Below are positions 7,869 through 14,878 of a DNA stretch of 39,405 bases, piece by piece. Made by a program: the position numbers and the translations under genes. The stretch comes from a virus (taxonomy: Duplodnaviria > Caudoviricetes), in the IMG/VR virus record IMGVR_UViG_3300005263_000002, positions 1-39,405 of that record; one strand, given 5' to 3'. The first letter of the stretch is position 1, and each line of letters begins with the position of its first letter. The notes under the pieces are model-generated. The model searched no databases. It saw only the letters and a list, made by a program, of their open reading frames with translations, and had not been told where the DNA came from.

Positions 7869-10048
7869 GCACTCTTCCCGAAGCTCTCTCCCTGGCCAGC
7901 CAAGGCTTCCACCTGTTCCCTCTGCTCTGCAACTCCAAGGACACGCCCCTCATTAAGGACTTCCCCAACAAGGCCAGCCGGGATCCGGAGCAGATCCGGG
8001 TCTGGTTCGAGGGGCACAACCACAACATCGGCATCAGCACCTCCAGGTTTGGTGAGAACCAGGCCCTGGTCGTGGTTGACGTGGACACCAAGAAAGGAAA
8101 GCGCGGTGATCAATCCATCCTCGAACTCGAATTTGCTGGTTGTGACCTTCCCGTCACCCTGGAACAGCAGACCCCATCTGGTGGCCGACACATCATCTAC
8201 GTGGCTGACGCAGCCTGCAAGCAGGGAACGGATGTGCTGGGCAATGGCCTCGACATACGATCGAAGGGGGGCTATATCCTCGGCCCCGGCAGCTCCATCG
8301 ACGGGAAGCCCTACCAGCAAATCAACGGCCACGGAACGCTGGCTCCCTGCCCTGCTTGGCTTATTGACCGTCTGGGTGTTGATCGCCGCGATCGGTCTGC
8401 TACTCGGGAGCCTTTGGCAGGTGTTGACCTGGATCGGGCAAAGGAGCGGGCGGTAGGCTACCTGGACTTCGCTCCTGCGGCCGTGGAAGGTGAAGGTGGC
8501 GACTCCACCACCTACCGGGTGGCCTGCAAGCTGAAGGACCTGGGATGCCACGAGGTCATGGCTCTGGAGCTGATGGCCGGCGAGTGGAACGAGCGCTGCT
8601 CCCCGCCCTGGTCTGACGATGACCTGGCCGAGAAGGTCCACAACGCCTTCCGCTATGGCGCCGAAGCTCCTGGGGTCTCAGCCCCCGAAGCGATCTTCCC
8701 TCCCGTGCCCCAGCCCGACCAGGCCAACGGCGACCCGGAACCCAAGAAGCACCCGGTGGCTGCATTAAACGATGAATATGCATTCATCAAGCAGGGCGCC
8801 TTCGTTCTCCATGAGACCACCGATGAGAAGGGCAACTACGCCACGCAGCACATGAGCATCGCCGAGTTCCATGCGTGGTTCGCAAACCAACCCTTCACCG
8901 TGGGCAACGATACCAAGCCCCTGTCCAAGTGGTGGATGACCCGAGCCGACCGCCGGCAGTATGAGGGCGTGGTGTTCAGCCCGGAGCGTGACCGTGGGCC
9001 CCGCTGGTTCAATCTATGGCGTGGGTTCAGGGTCGAGCCTGCCGAGAAGGCCAGCCACGCCAGCCTCGACGCCTTCCTCGAACACGCCCGGGTCAACGTC
9101 TGCGGCAACGACCCGGAGCTCTTCAAGTATCTGATGGGCTACTTCGCCCACCTCATCCAACGGCCATACGAGAAGCCCCTTGTGGCTCTCGTCTTCAAGG
9201 GAGGCAAGGGTGTCGGTAAAAACGCGCTTGTGGAGAGAGTGGGGGCCCTTCTGGGTTCGCATTTCCTCGTCGCGGACGACGACCGTTATCTGCTGGGGAA
9301 CTTCAACTCCCATCTGGAATCGAACCTTTTCTTTGTGCTGGACGAGGCTGCATGGGCGGGCGACAAGCGGGCCGAAGGCAAGCTCAAAGGTCTGATCACC
9401 GGCCTGCAGCACAACATCGAAAGGAAGGGCAAGGAACCCTACGCCATCGACAACCTGACACGCGTGGCCATCATCGGTAATGAGGACTGGCTAGTGCCGG
9501 CGACCACCGATGAACGGCGCTTTGCGGTTTTCAATGTGGGCGATGGGCGCAAGCAGGACCGCAAGTTCTTCGAGGACATGCGGGTGGGGATGGAACAGGG
9601 AGGCTATGCCCACCTGCTGCGCTACCTGCTGGACTTCGACCTCAGCCAGGTGGACGTGAACGACGCTCCGAAGACTGACGCCCTGACCGAGCAGAAGGTG
9701 AAGAATCTCGGGTCCATGGCCGAGTGGTGGCTGGACTGCCTGCAGTCTGACCAGATCGCAGGAGGGGACTTCGGCGGGGAGATCCCCGAGCGTGTCGCCA
9801 CCAACCGACTCCGGGACGCCTACACCCGCTGGGCCCGGGGCCGCAACATCCGGAGCCGCCTGGAGAACGAGACCGTCTTTGGAAACATGCTGAAGCGCAT
9901 GGCCAAGAGCATCACCAAGAAGAAGCGGAACAAGGGCAAGGTCGAGCCCGGAGACACGACCAACGACTACGCACTGCCCTCCCTTGAAACCCTGCGCTCC
10001 GACTTCGAGCGCTACATCGAAGGAGCCATCCAATGGCCAACGGAATGA
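7865..10048 (+). CDS. Bifunctional primase-polymerase fused to PriCT and an SF3/DUF5906-type helicase
   Basis: NIGI...VVDVD, TPSGGRH, DIR..GGY; PriCT-like WNERC.PPW; Walker A GGKGVGKN, LDEA, RRF. Confidence 0.9.
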   Translation: MSTLPEALSLASQGFHLFPLLCNSKDTPLIKDFPNKASRDPEQIRVWFEGHNHNIGISTSRFGENQALVVVDVDTKKGKRGDQSILELEFAGCDLPVTLEQQTPSGGRHIIYVADAACKQGTDVLGNGLDIRSKGGYILGPGSSIDGKPYQQINGHGTLAPCPAWLIDRLGVDRRDRSATREPLAGVDLDRAKERAVGYLDFAPAAVEGEGGDSTTYRVACKLKDLGCHEVMALELMAGEWNERCSPPWSDDDLAEKVHNAFRYGAEAPGVSAPEAIFPPVPQPDQANGDPEPKKHPVAALNDEYAFIKQGAFVLHETTDEKGNYATQHMSIAEFHAWFANQPFTVGNDTKPLSKWWMTRADRRQYEGVVFSPERDRGPRWFNLWRGFRVEPAEKASHASLDAFLEHARVNVCGNDPELFKYLMGYFAHLIQRPYEKPLVALVFKGGKGVGKNALVERVGALLGSHFLVADDDRYLLGNFNSHLESNLFFVLDEAAWAGDKRAEGKLKGLITGLQHNIERKGKEPYAIDNLTRVAIIGNEDWLVPATTDERRFAVFNVGDGRKQDRKFFEDMRVGMEQGGYAHLLRYLLDFDLSQVDVNDAPKTDALTEQKVKNLGSMAEWWLDCLQSDQIAGGDFGGEIPERVATNRLRDAYTRWARGRNIRSRLENETVFGNMLKRMAKSITKKKRNKGKVEPGDTTNDYALPSLETLRSDFERYIEGAIQWPTE

Positions 10049-10236
10049 ACCTGCGCCCCAAGGAGGCCGCGGCCCGGCTGAACGTGACGGTCGGCCACCT
10101 GGCCAACATGAGAGTGAAGGGGAACGGCCCCCGCTTCATCAAGTGGGGCCGGCTGATCCTCTACCCCCTGGTGGAGCTGGAAGCCTGGGAGAAGAAGCAC
10201 CTCCACACCTCGGTCCACGTCCCGGCGAAGGGGTAG
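10045..10236 (+). CDS. xis: Excisionase-like winged-helix protein
   Basis: LRPKEAAARL.....LANMR..G.GP.FIK.G..ILY....LEAW. ATGA overlap with the primase stop. Adjacent to attP and integrase. Confidence 0.78.
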   Translation: MNLRPKEAAARLNVTVGHLANMRVKGNGPRFIKWGRLILYPLVELEAWEKKHLHTSVHVPAKG

Positions 10237-10240
10237 AATT

Positions 10241-10260
10241 TGCGACCCATACGCGACCCA
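10241..10260 (+). repeat. Integrase arm-type repeat pair, left arm (TGCGACCCA-TA-CGCGACCCA)
   Basis: Two YGCGACCCA copies with an 11-bp period, left of the att core. Confidence 0.7.
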
Positions 10261-10289
10261 GCCACATGACACGCCAAGTCCTATGCCGT

Positions 10290-10321
10290 AAAAATCCAGG
10301 AGCCACCTATATGGTGGCTCC
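10290..10321 (-). terminator. Intrinsic terminator downstream of the tRNA 3' fragment
   Basis: GGAGCCACC-N5-GGTGGCTCC stem at 10299-10321, followed on the - strand by TGGATTTTT. Confidence 0.7.
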
Positions 10322-10329
10322 CTTCTTTC

Positions 10330-10375
10330 TGGTGGTCCCTCCCGGACTCGAACCGGGGACCCTCTGATTAAGAGT
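10330..10375 (-). other. attP core: 3' half of tRNA-Lys(CTT), not a complete tRNA
   Basis: - strand reads ACTCTTAATCAGAGGGTCCCCGGTTCGAGTCCGGGAGGGACCACCA: anticodon loop with CTT, T-arm GGTTCGAGTCC, CCA end. D-arm and 5' acceptor strand are absent. Lies between xis and int. Confidence 0.9.
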
Positions 10376-10380
10376 GAGGG

Positions 10381-10409
10381 TTGACAACATCACTGTTGCT
10401 CATTACACT
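10381..10409 (+). promoter_or_regulatory. Integrase promoter TTGACA-N17-TACACT
   Basis: Near-consensus sigma70 hexamers with 17-bp spacing, starting 6 bp from the att core. Confidence 0.72.
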
Positions 10410-10421
10410 TCATCTTGACTG

Positions 10422-11621
10422 ATGAACCAGTCACTTAGGATGAGGCCGGATATGCCAAGTTCATCGACCGCTGCGACCCAGGTGCGACCCAGGGAACTGA
10501 CCGAGGCCAACATCAAGACCGCCCAGCCCGGTGACGTGCTGTGGGACGAGAAGATCGACGGCTTGCACCTCCGGGTCCGAGCCACCCGTAAGAGCTTCCA
10601 TCTCTACTACCGGACCAAGGCCGGGGTGGAGCGACGGCCCAAGCTGGGCGACCACGGCTCCATCACCCTGGCCCAGGCCCGGAAGCTGGCTGGCGAGATG
10701 TGGTTGGAGATCGGCGCCGGCAAGGACCCGAGCCAGGCGAGGAAGGAGGCCAAGGCCGAGAAGACCCTGACTGAACTCTGGGAGGAGTTCTGGAAGCGCC
10801 GGGCCATCAAGAAGAAGACCAGCAGCGAGGACGCCCGGCTGTGGGCGAAGTTCCTAGAGCCCTGGGCGGGCGGGCAGAAGCTGTCGTCCATCGACTACAC
10901 CATGGCCGCGGATCTTCATGAAGGCGTGACCGAGGAGAGCGGCCCCATCCAGGCGAATCGGGTGCTGGCCCTCCTGTCGGCCATGTTCAACTTCGGGGTG
11001 AAGCCCCTGGAGTGGATCGTCAAGAACCCAGCCGAGGGCGTGGAGCGCAACAAGGAGACCAAGCGCCGACGCTACATGACCCTGGACGAGGCGCTGGCCA
11101 TCTCTGCCGCCCTGGCAAAGAGGGAAGGCGCCCATCCTGCCAGCGTGGCCTTCATCTACCTGCTGATCCTGACCGGGGCCCGGAAGGGCGAGATCGCCAA
11201 GGCCACCTGGAGCCAGGTGGTCGGGAACAAGCTGATCCTGTCCGAGCACAAGACCGATGGCGGGGGCGAGGACCGGGTGATCCACCTACCGCCTGTGGCC
11301 ATGGCCGTGCTCAACGCCCTGCCCAAGGTGGATGGCGGGACGATCACGGGCCTAGCCTCGCCCAAGAAGCTGTGGGAGGCCGTGCGGGTGGAGGCTGGCT
11401 GCCCCGACCTACGGCTCCATGACCTTCGCCACAGCTTTGCCTCGGCCGCCATCAGCGCCGGCCTGACCCTCCCCCAGATCGGGGAGCTCCTCGGGCACAG
11501 CTCGACGCAAACGACCAAGCGCTACAGCCACCTCATGGACGAGGCAGCAGCCTTGGCGGCCGGGTCCATCGCAGATCGCATCATGGGCCAAATGACTATC
11601 GGCGCTCTGCCAACGCCCTGA
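10422..11621 (+). CDS. int: Tyrosine integrase (P4-like, N-terminal arm-binding domain)
   Basis: LWD....GL.LRV arm-binding domain. Catalytic residues in TGARKGE, HKT, HDLRH, LLGH, RY. Start may be 10422, 10440 or 10452. Confidence 0.95.
   Translation: MNQSLRMRPDMPSSSTAATQVRPRELTEANIKTAQPGDVLWDEKIDGLHLRVRATRKSFHLYYRTKAGVERRPKLGDHGSITLAQARKLAGEMWLEIGAGKDPSQARKEAKAEKTLTELWEEFWKRRAIKKKTSSEDARLWAKFLEPWAGGQKLSSIDYTMAADLHEGVTEESGPIQANRVLALLSAMFNFGVKPLEWIVKNPAEGVERNKETKRRRYMTLDEALAISAALAKREGAHPASVAFIYLLILTGARKGEIAKATWSQVVGNKLILSEHKTDGGGEDRVIHLPPVAMAVLNALPKVDGGTITGLASPKKLWEAVRVEAGCPDLRLHDLRHSFASAAISAGLTLPQIGELLGHSSTQTTKRYSHLMDEAAALAAGSIADRIMGQMTIGALPTP
10472..10491 (+). repeat. Integrase arm-type repeat pair, right arm (TGCGACCCA-GG-TGCGACCCA)
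   Basis: Same 9-mer with the same 11-bp period, right of the att core, inside the int 5' end. Confidence 0.7.
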
Positions 11622-11835
11622 ACCGGGCCCGATCTTCCTGGTCATGGTTGGCCTGCCAGTTCTCCAGCTTGGTGATCTGCTCCTTCATGGCCTTGGCGTC
11701 TGCCTGGTAGACCGCCAGGGAAACCCGGATGTCGATGAGCAGGCCGATAGTGGCAACTATCCCCGCTCCTACCAAGCCGAGAGCCCACTTCAGGATGGTG
11801 TCGGAAGCCCGCTGGAACTTAGGCTCGGTGGTCAT
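11596..11835 (-). CDS. Small lysis-module membrane protein (one TM helix plus coiled coil)
   Basis: WALGLVGAGIVATIGLLIDI hydrophobic helix. ATGA overlap with the holin stop. Confidence 0.65.
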   Translation of the reverse strand: MTTEPKFQRASDTILKWALGLVGAGIVATIGLLIDIRVSLAVYQADAKAMKEQITKLENWQANHDQEDRARFRALAERR

Positions 11836-12380
11836 TTGGCCCCCGGGGTAGGTGTGGAGTTGTAGAGCATCTGGTCCTTCCGGCTGGAGCTGGAGCTGGA
11901 CCCGAAGTAGTAGTTGAGGACCTGGGTGGACCCTGCAGCCAGGGCGCCGAGGAGGATCAGCAGCGCTTCGCCGCCATCCTTCTTCACCCCGAACTTGAGC
12001 AGGATCCCCAGGATGGTGAAGAAGCCGAGGGTGTAGACCACGGCCAGGGCCTTGGGCGCCCAGTCCCGCACCTGGATCTCCCTGTTCCTGGCGCTGTCCC
12101 GGTCCTTGAACTCCAGCTCGGCCAGGGCCTCAGCGTCCTTGTAGCCCATGGCGGCCATCTGGATGGCGAAGTCCTGCTCGGCCTTCTTCAGCGCCAGGAT
12201 GTGGTCCGCATCCAGGGTTCCCGTCTTGATGGCATCCTGGATCGACTCCGGGGATGCATCCTTGATCCCCAGGGCGCCGCCGATGAGAGCGCCGGCTGCC
12301 CCGCCGAGAGGCCCGCCCAACGCCGTGCCCAGCATTGGAGCGACCTTGGCGATCCAGGGTTTTACGTCCGACCAGTTCAT
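11832..12380 (-). CDS. Holin (3TM/GTA-holin-like)
   Basis: AP.LGTALGGPLGG N-terminus, DRDSARNRE, two TM helices, YYFGSS. Adjacent to the endolysin. Confidence 0.78.
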   Translation of the reverse strand: MNWSDVKPWIAKVAPMLGTALGGPLGGAAGALIGGALGIKDASPESIQDAIKTGTLDADHILALKKAEQDFAIQMAAMGYKDAEALAELEFKDRDSARNREIQVRDWAPKALAVVYTLGFFTILGILLKFGVKKDGGEALLILLGALAAGSTQVLNYYFGSSSSSSRKDQMLYNSTPTPGAK

Positions 12381-12886
12381 GGCTTCTCCTCTGCACGTTT
12401 CAGCCAGCCTTTCAGGAACCTGATGGACTCAGGACGGTGGGCGACGATGGCCTTGTAGTGCTCGGCGCTCTCGTAGCAGAGGACGTTGAGCATGTGTTCT
12501 GGAGTGACGGCATTGGTGGACGCCAGCGTCTTGGGGCCCAGCTTGCCGTCCACTTCGAGGAAGGCGCCAAGCGTGTTGAGCCCGTCCTGAAGCAATCGAA
12601 CAGCCGAGCGAACTCCCATGTTGACGCCCATGTCGAACAGCTTGGTGGCCACCCTCTGATCGTCCACGCCACCCCAGATCCAGTAGCCGTCCTTGTAAAT
12701 CTGCGCCACCTTCTCAGGCGTGATGGCCATGAGCTCCTCGGCATCCTGGATCCCGTAGCGCTTGGCGGTCTCCAGGGTGATGCCGTAGTTGGTGGCCCCG
12801 CCCGGGTCGGCCGAGTCGAAGGACCACTTGCCCTCATGGGCCAGGACGTAGGGGAGAGCCAGGTCGAAGGAGGCCACGGGCGTCAC
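12377..12886 (-). CDS. Endolysin, glycoside hydrolase family 108
   Basis: HEG.....DPGGATNYGIT, FDMGVNMG, VDG.LGP.T, FLKGW..R. Confidence 0.92.
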   Translation of the reverse strand: MTPVASFDLALPYVLAHEGKWSFDSADPGGATNYGITLETAKRYGIQDAEELMAITPEKVAQIYKDGYWIWGGVDDQRVATKLFDMGVNMGVRSAVRLLQDGLNTLGAFLEVDGKLGPKTLASTNAVTPEHMLNVLCYESAEHYKAIVAHRPESIRFLKGWLKRAEEKP

Positions 12887-14796
12887 CCGAGCGCCAAGTC
12901 GATGCGCTTTTTGACGTAGGTGGCCCAGAGGGTCGAGCCTGCCAGGTTGGGGTGCTTGTCATCGGCCATGAGGGAACCGGGGAATCCGGCATCCATGAAG
13001 ACCTTGTAGATATCCATGACCTCAAGGGCCTGGGTGGATCGGAAGCCAAGGAGATCCAGCCGCCTGCGAGCATGGACCCTCGCAAGCAGATTCGCGGAGG
13101 TCTCCGGGTTCTGCGTCATGCCAACGATTGCGGCATGCGGCAGCTTGGTCTTCACCGAATCGGTCCATGTCTTGTAGAGGGCACCCCATGGTGCGCTGGT
13201 GATGTATGCCTCGTTGTGGGAGTCGGACAGGAAGCAAACCGACTGGCCGAAGTTGGGCACCATCTTGGGGAGCCGGGTTGCGTTGTTGAGATAGGTAATG
13301 TTGGCCCCAGGGTGGGAGCCGTTGACGATGGTCAGAATCGGGGCACCAGAAATCGCCTGGGCGGTTCCGAAGGCCGCAGGAGACCAAAGATCGGGGAGCC
13401 TCGGCACAAGAGAGGGGCCATTGTCCCCGTCACGAACATCCACCGCGTAAATCTTGATGCCGGTGGCGGGGGAATTGTAGATGCCCCCAAGCCAGTATCC
13501 GTTGGTGGGCAGGGGGTTGTTCACTGTGACAACGCCAGCCGTGGTCACGGTGGTCCCAAGCTGAACCCATGTAAACCCATCGTCACTGGTATAGAACTTC
13601 GCCACGCGGTTCCCACTACCATCGTTGGGGTTGAACAGCACCCGAACCCACTTGATGGCGTTGGCCGCTAGACCCGTGGCGATGGTGCTGACCATCGAGG
13701 TGATGCCCGTTCCCGTGCTTGACCACGAGATTCCTAGTGCCCCACCTGCGTTGAGGATGAACCTCCAGCCAAGGTTGGGGGCAGAGCCACCGTCTAGTGA
13801 GACCAGATTCTTGATCCCAGCAGGCGCCCAGGTTGTAGCGGAAAGCCTAACCCGAGCGTCGATGATGCTGGAGGTAGTGGAGGGTCCAACAGCCGTAGCG
13901 GGATCGGTTTGGCTGGCGTAAGTCCCAGAGTCGCAGTCCAGATAACGCTCTCCAGCCGCTCCCAGTTGAAGCCTGGTGGTCCCACCGTAGGTCTGCGTGG
14001 CGTCATCCCACAGGATGTGGTCCACAGTAAAAGCAGGATTGGACGCCGCGAGCTGCTGGGCCAGCAGGTAGGGCCAGTCGGTCGTGTCGTTTCCGGTGCT
14101 GTCCCCAAGAATCTGGATGCCAGTGGTCAGGCCCTCATTCAGCGCAGTCTTGAGGGCGAACAAGGGGCCATTGGACCCTTCGGGGATGCTGTTGGCTTTC
14201 CTCCCGAGAGTGTTGGCTGCGTAGTTCAGAGCGGGGTTGAACCCGATGTAGCCCGCGCCCTTCGTCGCATCGGAAACATCTGCGAGGGACGTGAGCAAAG
14301 TGGCCTCCGAACTGGGAACGCCCATCAGCTTGTTGCCTACACGGCCAAGCACTTCACCATCTGCGGGCAAGGTTACGGGGAGAGGGGTGGAGGTGTCGCA
14401 GGGGGACAGCATCAGCGCCCGGTCCAGCTCCTCCTGCTGCTGCTGGTTCTGCATCGTCAGCAGATCCAGCGCCTTTTCGTGGGACGCCGCAGGGAATGGA
14501 TCGTTCTCGACGTAGTGGGTTTCCTGCGTCTGAGGCACGTTCCGCAAAATGGAGATGTCGTAGGCGGAAGTGTAGGCCACCGCCGTGGTGATCGACCCGC
14601 CAAGCGGATCGGCAGCACCGGATACGGTGTAGCCGGAGTTCAGCACCAGCAGGGTTTCCACCGCAGGGCTGACCGAGTTGTCGGTGAGCCACACCTGCAG
14701 GTGGGTGCTGTCCAGGAAATAGAACGGGACGGTGAAGGTCTTGGTGGACCCGTTCCCGGTGTAGTCGGCCCGATAGGCGGTGTTCTGGACGGTCAT
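12883..14796 (-). CDS. Tail fibre/tailspike: T7 gp17-like anchor plus SGNH hydrolase with inserted beta-sandwich
   Basis: YTGNGSTKTFTVPFYFL...E.ALD.LTM..QQ anchor. ILGDSTG, NGSHPG, HN and DDKHPN correspond to SGNH blocks. GGAG RBS favours ATG 14796. Confidence 0.8.
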   Translation of the reverse strand: MTVQNTAYRADYTGNGSTKTFTVPFYFLDSTHLQVWLTDNSVSPAVETLLVLNSGYTVSGAADPLGGSITTAVAYTSAYDISILRNVPQTQETHYVENDPFPAASHEKALDLLTMQNQQQQEELDRALMLSPCDTSTPLPVTLPADGEVLGRVGNKLMGVPSSEATLLTSLADVSDATKGAGYIGFNPALNYAANTLGRKANSIPEGSNGPLFALKTALNEGLTTGIQILGDSTGNDTTDWPYLLAQQLAASNPAFTVDHILWDDATQTYGGTTRLQLGAAGERYLDCDSGTYASQTDPATAVGPSTTSSIIDARVRLSATTWAPAGIKNLVSLDGGSAPNLGWRFILNAGGALGISWSSTGTGITSMVSTIATGLAANAIKWVRVLFNPNDGSGNRVAKFYTSDDGFTWVQLGTTVTTAGVVTVNNPLPTNGYWLGGIYNSPATGIKIYAVDVRDGDNGPSLVPRLPDLWSPAAFGTAQAISGAPILTIVNGSHPGANITYLNNATRLPKMVPNFGQSVCFLSDSHNEAYITSAPWGALYKTWTDSVKTKLPHAAIVGMTQNPETSANLLARVHARRRLDLLGFRSTQALEVMDIYKVFMDAGFPGSLMADDKHPNLAGSTLWATYVKKRIDLALG

Positions 14797-14847
14797 GGCT
14801 TTCTCCATGGGGGTCCAGGCTTATCCGCTCAGGGGCCTGCTGTTGCG

Positions 14848-14878
14848 ATTATAGGTCGGTGATGCCTATTGCTCAACG
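14848..14878 (-). promoter_or_regulatory. Internal late promoter TTGAGC-N17-TATAAT with degenerate operator at 14860-14878
   Basis: Perfect -10 and 17-bp spacer. TGATGCCTATTGCTCAACG overlaps the -35. Confidence 0.7.

Noticed and set aside
10330-10375. Functional phage tRNA-Lys gene
   Set aside because: Only the anticodon loop to CCA is present. The 5' anticodon-stem strand, D-arm and 5' acceptor strand are missing, so it is better explained as the attP core.
10394-10412. Additional operators at the int promoter (TGTTGCTCATTACACTTCA), 14841, 35761 and 37768
   Set aside because: Only one good half-site each. Not counted among the eight sites, though weak binding cannot be excluded.
12883-14796. 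Diversity-generating retroelement as in BPP-1-like phages
   Set aside because: No reverse transcriptase ORF and no TR/VR repeat pair with adenine-specific differences seen.
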